A stretch of DNA of 64,000 nt. It comes from Myxococcales bacterium. GTDB taxonomy: Bacteria > Myxococcota > Myxococcia > Myxococcales > UBA5297. The notes below the pieces were generated by a model, which worked only from the letters and a program-made list of their open reading frames with translations, was not told the DNA's origin and ran no database searches. Position 1 is the first letter of the stretch, and every line of letters starts with the position of its first letter. A program made the translations under genes and the position numbers. Positions 48,546 to 56,197 of this stretch are shown piece by piece. Where the stretch lies: contig JBMNNX010000001.1 in assembly GCA_050942745.1 (NCBI GenBank), forward strand, positions 22,938-86,937. Direction: 5' to 3'.

Positions 48546-48578
48546 GTCGAGAGTCGAGGGTCGAGGGTCGAGAGTTGG
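48546..48578 (+). repeat. GTCGAGR heptad micro-array immediately after the dnaJ stop
   Basis: gtcgaga gtcgagg gtcgagg gtcgaga gttgg. The same element occurs at 51048-51080 (+), 4018-4045 (-) and 5157-5193 (-). Confidence 0.85.
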
Positions 48579-49032
48579 CTGGCGGGCTCTGCCCGGAGTC
48601 GTGACCAGACGCGGGTGGTCTGGGCGCGACTTCTCGTCCGGAGGGATCACCCGCTCGGCTTTCCGAGCGCTCGCTCTGGCAACGTCGAGATTCCCACCTC
48701 CCGGGCCAATCGGGGCTCACCTGCAGACACCGCGAGGTAGCCCGAATGGGGCTCGACCACGCTTCGCCGGCCTCCCGCGCCTTGCGGACCTGGCGCCCTG
48801 CGGTGGCGTGTCAGGCTGCCCGTAACCGGGGCCGCCGAATGGGTAAGACGCTGAGTTTCGGCCACTCGGGCGCAGCCCGAGCGAGCTTGCGACGCGACGT
48901 TCCCCCCTTTGCAATCGGGCGCTTTTGCAATAAAGGCATCAGGTGCCTCTCAAAGCGCTCCGGTCCGCGCGGCCGGGTGGATGACCTTTGCGGCCAGCAC
49001 TCTGGCGCCGCGACACCCCCCAAAGGTGAACC

Positions 49033-51048
49033 TTGCTTCGCCAAGCTCCAGCCACCGTTCTTGCCATGTGCGTGGGACTTGCCCTCCTGGGCTGCCCAAT
49101 GCGTGTCGGCTCCAACGAGCTCGACGCGACCTCGCGCGAGAAGGTCGATCAGGCCAGGCTCCAGGTCGAGTCAGGGCGGCCCGACGAGGCCGTGCGCCTG
49201 CTCAACGACGTCCCCGAAGCCAACAACGAAGTCGCCCAGATCCTCTTCCAAGCGGCCGAGGCCCACTACCGCGCCCGCGAGCTCGGGCCCGCGCGCCAGA
49301 GCTACCGCGATCTGCTCGCGCGCTTCCCGCTCTTCCCCGAAAACGACACCGCCCGCTACCACCTCGCGCTCGTCCAACTGGAGCTCAACGAGCATCGCGA
49401 CGCGCTGCAGGCACTTTCGGCGCTCTATCCGCGGCTCGACGAGGATCGCAAGCTCGAGGCGGCCAGCCACCTCGCTCGCGCCGCCGAGAGCTCTCGCCAG
49501 TGGGGCGAGGCGGTGCGCTGGCACGGCGAGCGCGCGACGCGGGCCCGAGACGAGGCGACCCGGCAGGCCGCGGTGCAGCGGGTCTTCGAGATCCTCGAGT
49601 CGCGCGTCTCCTTCCTGGAGGTCGCCCGGCTTGCTCAGCAGATTGAGCCGAGCTCGCCGATCTGGGCTCTCGTGCAGTTCAAGCTCGCGAAGATCTTCGC
49701 GCACCTGCGCGACCGCACCCGCCTGCGCGAGACGCTCGAGACGCTGCTCGCCCACACCCCCGGCTCGCCCTGGGCGTCCGAGGCGCAGTCGATGCTTGCC
49801 CGGCTGGACAGGCGCCAGGAGGTCAAGCCCGACACGGTCGGCCTGCTGCTGCCGATGAGCGGTAAGTTCAAGCCGATAGGCGAGTCGGTGCTCGCCGGCG
49901 TCCAGCTCGCGCTCAAGGGCAGCAAAATCCGCGTCGTCACTCGCGACACCGCCGGCGAGCCGGCCCAGGCGCGCCGCGCGGTCGCCGAGTTGGCCGAGGA
50001 CGAGCAGGTCATCGCGATCATCGGCCCGGTGCTCACCTCGGTCAGCGAGGACGCCGCCGCCGAGGCCGAGTTGCAGGAGACGCCCATCTTCACGCTCACC
50101 CGCGCAGAGGGCATCACCGACATCGGCCCGTACGTCTTCCGCAACATGCTCACCAACAGCGCCCAGGCCGCGGCGCTGGTCGACTACGCGATGCGGGTGA
50201 AGGGCTTCAAGCGCTTCGCGCTGCTCTACCCGAACATCCCCTACGGCAACGAGCTCGCGAACTACTTCTGGGACGAGGTCGAGGCGCGCGGCGGCGAGAT
50301 CCGCGGCGCCGAGAGCTACGACGCAGACCAGACGACCTTCGGCCCGGTGGTCAAGAAGCTGGTCGGCCGCTACTACCTCGACCAACGCGAGGAGTTCGTC
50401 CAAAAGCGGCGCGAGATCACCGAGAAGGTCAAGGACCCGTACCGCCAGCGCAAGATGATCGAGGACGCGTACTCGAAGCTGCCGCCGATCATCGACTTCG
50501 ACGCCATCTTCATCCCCGACTACTACAAGAACGTTGGCCTGGTCGCGCCCGCGCTCGCGGTCGAGGACGTGATCACCAACGCCTGCGACAAGCGCGACCT
50601 CGAGCGCATCGCCAAGACGACCGGGCGCACGCCGAACCAGATCAAGACCGTGCAGCTCCTCGGCGCCAACGGCTGGAACTTCGAAGAGCTCGTCGAGCGC
50701 GGCGGCAAGTTCGTGCAGTGCTCGGTCTTCGTCGACGGCTTCTTCGAGAAGTCGGACCGCAAGGAGACCCGGGCCTTCGTCGAGGAGTTTCGCAAGGCGA
50801 CCGGGCGCGCGCCCTCGCTGCTCGAGGCGACCGGCTACGACACCGCGCTCATCACGCGCCACATCATCGAGACACAGAGTCCGACCACGCGCGGCACCTT
50901 CCGCGAGGCGCTCACCCGCGTCAAGGACTTCCCCGGCGTCACCGGCCGCACGTCCATCAACGAGAAGCGCGAGGCCGAGAAGCCTCTGTTCATGCTCTCG
51001 ATCGATCGCGACGGGATCGCCGAGATCGACAGCGAGATTAAGAGCTAG
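49033..51048 (+). CDS. lipoprotein: N-terminal TPR-like region plus a type-1 periplasmic-binding-fold domain (LivK/LpoA-like)
   Basis: TTG start at 49033 (AAGGTG upstream) gives MLRQAPATVLAMCVGLALLGC (lipobox). ...VGLLLPMSGKF..IGESVLAGVQLAL....VVTRDTAG.P....AV.EL..DE.V.AIIGP.... Confidence 0.65.
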   Translation: MLRQAPATVLAMCVGLALLGCPMRVGSNELDATSREKVDQARLQVESGRPDEAVRLLNDVPEANNEVAQILFQAAEAHYRARELGPARQSYRDLLARFPLFPENDTARYHLALVQLELNEHRDALQALSALYPRLDEDRKLEAASHLARAAESSRQWGEAVRWHGERATRARDEATRQAAVQRVFEILESRVSFLEVARLAQQIEPSSPIWALVQFKLAKIFAHLRDRTRLRETLETLLAHTPGSPWASEAQSMLARLDRRQEVKPDTVGLLLPMSGKFKPIGESVLAGVQLALKGSKIRVVTRDTAGEPAQARRAVAELAEDEQVIAIIGPVLTSVSEDAAAEAELQETPIFTLTRAEGITDIGPYVFRNMLTNSAQAAALVDYAMRVKGFKRFALLYPNIPYGNELANYFWDEVEARGGEIRGAESYDADQTTFGPVVKKLVGRYYLDQREEFVQKRREITEKVKDPYRQRKMIEDAYSKLPPIIDFDAIFIPDYYKNVGLVAPALAVEDVITNACDKRDLERIAKTTGRTPNQIKTVQLLGANGWNFEELVERGGKFVQCSVFVDGFFEKSDRKETRAFVEEFRKATGRAPSLLEATGYDTALITRHIIETQSPTTRGTFREALTRVKDFPGVTGRTSINEKREAEKPLFMLSIDRDGIAEIDSEIKS

Positions 51049-51080
51049 TCAAGAGTCGAGGGTCGAGAGTCGAGAGTTTG
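51048..51080 (+). repeat. GTCGAGR heptad micro-array overlapping and following the stop of the LpoA-like gene
   Basis: gtcaaga gtcgagg gtcgaga gtcgaga gtttg. Confidence 0.8.
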
Positions 51081-51169
51081 TGGTCCCGGGCTACGCCGAA
51101 GGGCCGCCCGCCTTGCGACGCGGCTACGGCCGGTACGCTGCCGGCGGCCGCAGGTTCTCGAGGTTCCTG

Positions 51170-52774
51170 ATGCCCGCTCAGCGTCTGCATGCTCTCGTCG
51201 CTCCGGCGGCAGGCCTATCGATCCTTGTTGCGCTGGGCGCCTGCGCGACGGCGCCCGGCACCGCGGGTCGCGCGTTGGCGACCGGGGCCGAAGGGTTCGT
51301 CGCTGCGCCCGTCATCTCTCTCTCCGAACGCGAGGTGCTCGACCGCAGCGACTTCTGCTATGCCGCCGCCGCGACCGCCATGCCCGCGGGGTTCGCCTAC
51401 ACGCACCTCGGCGCAAAGCAGTTCCGCCTGGGCCTCTGGGAGCTGGAGCCTGCGCCGCGCCTCACGGCCGACGTCGATCTCGGAGACAGCGAGCACGACG
51501 TCGAAGGGCTCGCGTTCTCGCCGGACGGCTCGCTGGTCGCCACCGCGGCCCGCGACGGCTCGGTGCGCATCCACAAGCGCGCGACGGGCAAGCTTCTCGC
51601 GCTCGCCAAGGCCGACGAGCCGCTGAGCGCGCTCGCCTGGTCGCCCGACGGCAGATTCCTCGTCACCGGCGGCGCCCTGGGCATGCTCACCGTCTTCGAG
51701 GCGCCGTCGCTGCGCTTTGGCACCGAGCTGCGGGCGCACCGCGACGAGGTGCGAGCGCTCGGCTTCGACCGCTCGGGCCTGCTCTACTCGGGAGGCTGGG
51801 ACAAGGCTATCGCGCGCCACCGCATCGCGACCCGCTCAACGACTGTGTCCGAAGCCCGAGTACGCTTCGACCAAGCCGGCAGGTTCCGCGTCGTCACGGT
51901 CTCGGTAAACGGCAGCCGCGCGCTTAGGCTGGCGCTCGACGCTCGCGCCGCGCACAGCAGCTTGACGGTCGCCGCAGCGCGCGCCGCGGGCATCGACCCG
52001 GCTGCGCTCGAATCGACGATCACGGCGCGGACGCCTTCGGGACCGGCGCTCGTTCGAGTCGCGCGCGGCCAGGCCCTCGAGATTGAGGCACTGCGGGTGC
52101 GCGCCGTCGATCTCGCCCTCTGCGATGCGTGCGTGCCCGAGGCGCTCGACGGGGTCATCGGCCAGGATCTGATTGAGCGCTTCGACGTGCGCCTGGACGA
52201 GACGATGGGCGAAGCGCTCTTCACCGCGCGCTCTCCTGCCGACGCCACGACCGCCGAGCTGCCCGCGCTCGAGGAGCTGTCGCGCTGGGAGTATCCGGGC
52301 TTCGTCAACGACCTCTCGGTCGACTGGCAGGGAGCGCTGCTCGGCGTCGCGTTCGGTGAGCGCAAGGCGGAGCGCACGCTCGAGGTCTACCGGCGGGAGA
52401 AGGCGGGCGTGGTCGAGCCCCTGAGCCAGGGCAACTTCGCGGCCATTGTTGACGGCTCGACCGGCGCGGTGGAGCGGCGCTTCGTCGTGCACCACGGCAC
52501 GGTCTCGACAGCCGGCATCAGCCCCGACGGCAGGACGCTCGCGACGGGCGGCTGGGACAAGATGCTCTACGTCTTCTCGGCCGACGCGAGCGAGCCTCTG
52601 TTCAGGGCCGAGTTCGGTTGGTCGGTGCGGCGCGCGCGCTTCAGCCCGGATGGCCGCCACCTCGCGGTCGCCGCGTGGACGCCACAGAAGCCCTCGCCGG
52701 ACGCGAAGTCCGACCCGGCCGCGGTGGTCTACGACGTTCGGTACGCCGCTCCCGCACTCCCAACTCAGAACTAA
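51170..52774 (+). CDS. lipoprotein with WD40 repeats interrupted by a retropepsin-like (gag-aspartyl-protease-like) domain
   Basis: Start re-set to ATG 51170. Lipobox LVALGAC. WD40-type FSPDGSLVATAARDGSVRIH, WSPDGRFLVTGG, GGWDK and ISPDGRTLATGGWDKMLYVF. The central segment FRVVTVSVNGSRALRLALDARAAHSSL...LDGVIGQDLIERFDVRLD matches the retropepsin-like layout. Confidence 0.7.
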   Translation: MPAQRLHALVAPAAGLSILVALGACATAPGTAGRALATGAEGFVAAPVISLSEREVLDRSDFCYAAAATAMPAGFAYTHLGAKQFRLGLWELEPAPRLTADVDLGDSEHDVEGLAFSPDGSLVATAARDGSVRIHKRATGKLLALAKADEPLSALAWSPDGRFLVTGGALGMLTVFEAPSLRFGTELRAHRDEVRALGFDRSGLLYSGGWDKAIARHRIATRSTTVSEARVRFDQAGRFRVVTVSVNGSRALRLALDARAAHSSLTVAAARAAGIDPAALESTITARTPSGPALVRVARGQALEIEALRVRAVDLALCDACVPEALDGVIGQDLIERFDVRLDETMGEALFTARSPADATTAELPALEELSRWEYPGFVNDLSVDWQGALLGVAFGERKAERTLEVYRREKAGVVEPLSQGNFAAIVDGSTGAVERRFVVHHGTVSTAGISPDGRTLATGGWDKMLYVFSADASEPLFRAEFGWSVRRARFSPDGRHLAVAAWTPQKPSPDAKSDPAAVVYDVRYAAPALPTQN

Positions 52775-52796
52775 TAACTCACGACTCCCCTACAAC

Positions 52797-53537
52797 TCAC
52801 CTCAGGACCCGAGTCTCCACCCGCGCCCCAGGCGGCGGCTCGAGCTCGAACACTTCGGGCGCCAAAGGTCCGTTGACGACGACGTTGCGAAGCTCGGTCC
52901 TCGCCGCCGGCGCGCCCGCGGCCGTCTCCACAACGAGGATCGGGAAGCAAAGCCCGAGAGCCTCCTCGCAGTGCGTCCGCCCCACCTGGACCGAGCCGCC
53001 CTCGCGAACCGTCTTGCCGACGAAGTCGAAGCCCGGCAGCGCGAAGAGGTAGGTGACCTCGATCGCCTCGGACCCCTCGCCGGTGACCGCGCTCACCTGG
53101 ACTTTGCCCTCTGCCGTCACGCCTGCGCCCAGCTTTCCGCCGAGTAGCGGCGTGCGCCAGCCCTCGGGCACGAACGGCGAGAGGTACTGGTGCAGGAAGA
53201 GCGCGGCGGCCTCGGGCGAGGCCTTCTCGAGATCGATCCTCTGGAGCAGCTTGCTGCCCGAGTCCCACTGGGTGAACTGCCGCCCGTCGAAGATGAACGT
53301 CAGGCCGGACGAGGTGAGCTCGGCGCGCATCTTCTTCGGGGCCCGGAAGGCGAAGGCGAACTCGGCGCGCTCTTCGCCCTGAACCGTGGTGCCTTCGTAC
53401 TGGAAGGAGACGACCTTCTTCTCGCGCGCGGCGAGCCCGGCCTTGAGCCGCGACAGCAGCTCTTCGGGTTCGTTCGGCTCGCGCTTCTTGCACCCGACGA
53501 ATGCAAGGAACAGGACAAGCGGCAGGATCGGACGCAT
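52797..53537 (-). CDS. LolA-like / outer-membrane lipoprotein-sorting-like lipoprotein
   Basis: MRPILPLVLFLAFVGC lipobox. The beta-rich body resembles the LolA/LolB-like fold family, but this is a weak call from sequence pattern only. Confidence 0.45.
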   Translation of the reverse strand: MRPILPLVLFLAFVGCKKREPNEPEELLSRLKAGLAAREKKVVSFQYEGTTVQGEERAEFAFAFRAPKKMRAELTSSGLTFIFDGRQFTQWDSGSKLLQRIDLEKASPEAAALFLHQYLSPFVPEGWRTPLLGGKLGAGVTAEGKVQVSAVTGEGSEAIEVTYLFALPGFDFVGKTVREGGSVQVGRTHCEEALGLCFPILVVETAAGAPAARTELRNVVVNGPLAPEVFELEPPPGARVETRVLR

Positions 53538-53793
53538 GGGCGCACTCTAGCCGATTCATCGCGAGCGACGCCTGCTGGCCGGAGAGGCACGCGCGAACAC
53601 GCGAGGCGCCTGCCGGGCGTACGGTGGACCAGGACGTCCGATGCCGCCCGCGGGCGACTGTCGCGCGCGGCCGTGAGCTTTCGCCACACGCCGCCTCCGG
53701 GGGAACGAAGCCCCGGGCGCTTGATGAGCAAGCGAGCGATGCCCAACCCAACTGCAGCCGAGCATTTCGGCAGGGCGTGAAGGGAGGCGTGGG

Positions 53794-54222
53794 ATGAGAG
53801 CGGCCGTCGTGCTGTGCGTGTTGCTTTTTGTCGGGTGCGGACCGTTGCCGGAGGAGATGCCCCTCATCGGACTGGACGTGGCCGACGCGCCATCCGCCTT
53901 GAGCGATTCGGGCGACGACACACTGTTCTACCTGCGCTACTGCAACCAGCAGGAGGACGGCCCACGGTTCCGGGTCAACCGGCTCATGGTGGGCATCGAA
54001 GCGCGCAACACGCAGTACGCGACCGTCTACAGCCTGCGCTACGAGCTGAGCACCGACGTAGACGGCGACGGGCAGTTCGGCCCGGGCGATGTCATCACCG
54101 TGAGCGAGGCGGGACGCAATAGCTTCGATCAGCGCACCTCCGGCATCTTCAAGGTGTCGCTGTTCGACACCGCCAGCACGTGTAGCTGTCCGCTCGGCAT
54201 GGCCCAGTGGGACGCGCTCTGA
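53794..54222 (+). CDS. small hypothetical lipoprotein
   Basis: ATG 53794 with AGGGAGG upstream. MRAAVVLCVLLFVGC lipobox. A DVDGDGQFGPGD Ca-binding-like loop. Confidence 0.6.
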   Translation: MRAAVVLCVLLFVGCGPLPEEMPLIGLDVADAPSALSDSGDDTLFYLRYCNQQEDGPRFRVNRLMVGIEARNTQYATVYSLRYELSTDVDGDGQFGPGDVITVSEAGRNSFDQRTSGIFKVSLFDTASTCSCPLGMAQWDAL

Positions 54223-54446
54223 GCTACCTCTCTTGAGGTCGCTGTGCGCAACACGAATCCAGAGCGCCGGCCCTCGTGCCGGCCTCCGGAGAGCCTCGAA
54301 GTCGCCGCGACTCTGCTTGATCCCCTGACGGGCGCATTGCCATGCGCCCGGACCAGCCCGCGAGCGATCGCTAGGGTTCCGGGCGGAGCCCGGGCTATGA
54401 GCGGGCCGAGCGCGCAGGCGCCGGCTGTCATCATCGAGCCGCTGCC

Positions 54447-55856
54447 CTATTCACCTGTGCAGCGGGAATCCTCAGCGAGGCAGCGGTCGATGGTGAGTAT
54501 GACGTTTTCGGGTTGCTTCGCGCCGCGCCAGGTGTCGACGACGACGAAGTAGTCGCCCGCCGGCACTCGCCTCTCGATGAGCGTCGAGTGGGCAGCCAGG
54601 CAGGACGCGGCCTCGAGGTTTCCCGCGAAGAGCGCGACGCTCACGTCCCGCGAACCGTCGCAGCGCACCTCCGGACCGATGCCGGCCTCACACTCGCCGC
54701 TCGGCGGCACGGCGATGATGCGCAGCGGCGCCGGCGAGTCGAGGTGCAGCGCCAGGATCCACTCGGCCCCGTCAGCGCCGCCTTGGCCGCCGCAGGTGCG
54801 GTAGTCGTTCATCGGGCTCGAGGTGTTCGGGCCCTCGCCGCCGAGCGCCGCGGCGAACGGCAGCGAGGCGATAACCAGCGGAGAGCTCGCCGTCCCCGCG
54901 CCCTCGACCTCGGGTGCCTCCGGCGCGCTCACCTCGCCTTCGAACAGAGCCAGGCGCACCGCGTGGAGCACCTCGAGCGTGCGCAGGTTGCGCACGTTGA
55001 AGCCGAAGCGGAGCCCTTCCGGCGTGAGGATGCAGGCCGAGCGGGCGTCGTAGCTCGGGTGGATACCGTCGGGGCTGATGCTCGAAGGCCCGATCTCGGC
55101 CATGTCCGAGTAGCAGTCGATCGTCGGCACGCGGTTGGCGACCGCGACCCCGCGCACGATGGCGTTGAAGGCTGGGGTGAACGTGCGCCGGGCCTCCTCG
55201 GCATAGATCGGCGGGATGTAGCTCAGCAGCGGGATGACCCCGCGCGCGGTGAGCGCATCCACGATGGCGGTGAGGTTGGCGGCGTAGGCGCGCAGGCCGC
55301 GAGGTCCGACCCAGTGCTCGTGGCTGGTCCCGGCGAGGTCGTTGGTGCCGATCATGACCACGGCGAAGCGAGGGTTGATGGCGTCGATCTCGCGCAGCAG
55401 GGGCGCCGCGCGCCCGTCGCCTGGCCTCTCGAGCGGCCAGGCGGACCAGACACCCGGGCTCGCCGCCTCGCTCGAACGGTTCCACGAGGATTCGCCGCCC
55501 GTCGGGAAAGGCACATCGAAGAAGGCGATGGTCTCGGCGAGCGCGCCGCGCCCGCCGAGATCGACCGGTTGGCCCGAAGCAGTAGCGAAGCAGCAGAGCG
55601 AGTTGCAGTTGGCCGTGATCGAGTCGCCGACCTTCATGAACGCCGCGTCGTTTCGGCCCTGCCCGCTCTCGGCGATGGAGCGGAGCCTGCCGGTGACCGA
55701 GGGTGTCACTTGGACACTTTCGCCGAAGTGGCGTCCCGGCGAAGCGAGAGGCACGCCCCCGTCCCCGTCGCCGCGGTTGCGGCTGCACGAGAGCGAGGCG
55801 AGCGCCAGCAGCACGGCGAATCGCAGCCACGCCTTGCACAGCGAAGACACGCGCAT
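54447..55856 (-). CDS. SGNH/GDSL-family hydrolase lipoprotein with an extra C-terminal domain
   Basis: Start re-set to ATG 55854-55856 (MRVSSLCKAWLRFAVLLALASLSC). Block I FMKVGDSIT. MIGTNDL (block III-like). DGIHPS (block V, D..H). Confidence 0.7.
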   Translation of the reverse strand: MRVSSLCKAWLRFAVLLALASLSCSRNRGDGDGGVPLASPGRHFGESVQVTPSVTGRLRSIAESGQGRNDAAFMKVGDSITANCNSLCCFATASGQPVDLGGRGALAETIAFFDVPFPTGGESSWNRSSEAASPGVWSAWPLERPGDGRAAPLLREIDAINPRFAVVMIGTNDLAGTSHEHWVGPRGLRAYAANLTAIVDALTARGVIPLLSYIPPIYAEEARRTFTPAFNAIVRGVAVANRVPTIDCYSDMAEIGPSSISPDGIHPSYDARSACILTPEGLRFGFNVRNLRTLEVLHAVRLALFEGEVSAPEAPEVEGAGTASSPLVIASLPFAAALGGEGPNTSSPMNDYRTCGGQGGADGAEWILALHLDSPAPLRIIAVPPSGECEAGIGPEVRCDGSRDVSVALFAGNLEAASCLAAHSTLIERRVPAGDYFVVVDTWRGAKQPENVILTIDRCLAEDSRCTGE

Positions 55857-55985
55857 GCGAGATCTTTCGACGCGCCATCCGGCAGCCGCAACGCCCGGGC
55901 CTCGTCCGCGCGCTCTGGCCCCCCCGGGGCGCCGACGCTCACCCGCTCGCCGAGAAGGCACGATGGGCGCCCGCGGGCACTCGGA

Positions 55986-56170
55986 GGGCCGGCTTCGCGC
56001 CGGCATCCGGGCGCGCCAGCACGAAGGCTGGCGCTCCTCATCTTCGCTCCCGGGCTTCGTTCCGGCTGCCGGGCGCGCCAGCACGAAGGCTGGCGCTCCT
56101 CATCTTCGCTCCCGGGCTTCGTTCCGGCTGCCGGGCGCGCCAGCACGAAGGCTGGCGCTCCTCATCTTCC
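55986..56170. repeat. 62-bp tandem repeat, about 3 copies, each with an 8-bp perfect stem
   Basis: The unit gggcgcgccagcacgaaggctggcgctcctcatcttcgctcccgggcttcgttccggctgcc starts at 56009, 56071 and 56133. The stem is GCGCCAGC-ACGAAG-GCTGGCGC. It lies between the ftsK stop and the SGNH gene start. Confidence 0.9.
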
Positions 56171-56197
56171 CCAACTCAAAACTAACAACTAACAACT

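Noticed and set aside
48908-48936. An AT-rich direct repeat, TTTGCAAT-N8-TTTGCAAT-AAAGG, upstream of the LpoA-like gene, considered as a sigma54 or sigma70 promoter.
   Set aside because: The GG-to-GC spacing is 2 nt too short for sigma54, and there is no convincing -10 at the proper distance. It may still be a regulatory site, but I cannot support a specific call.
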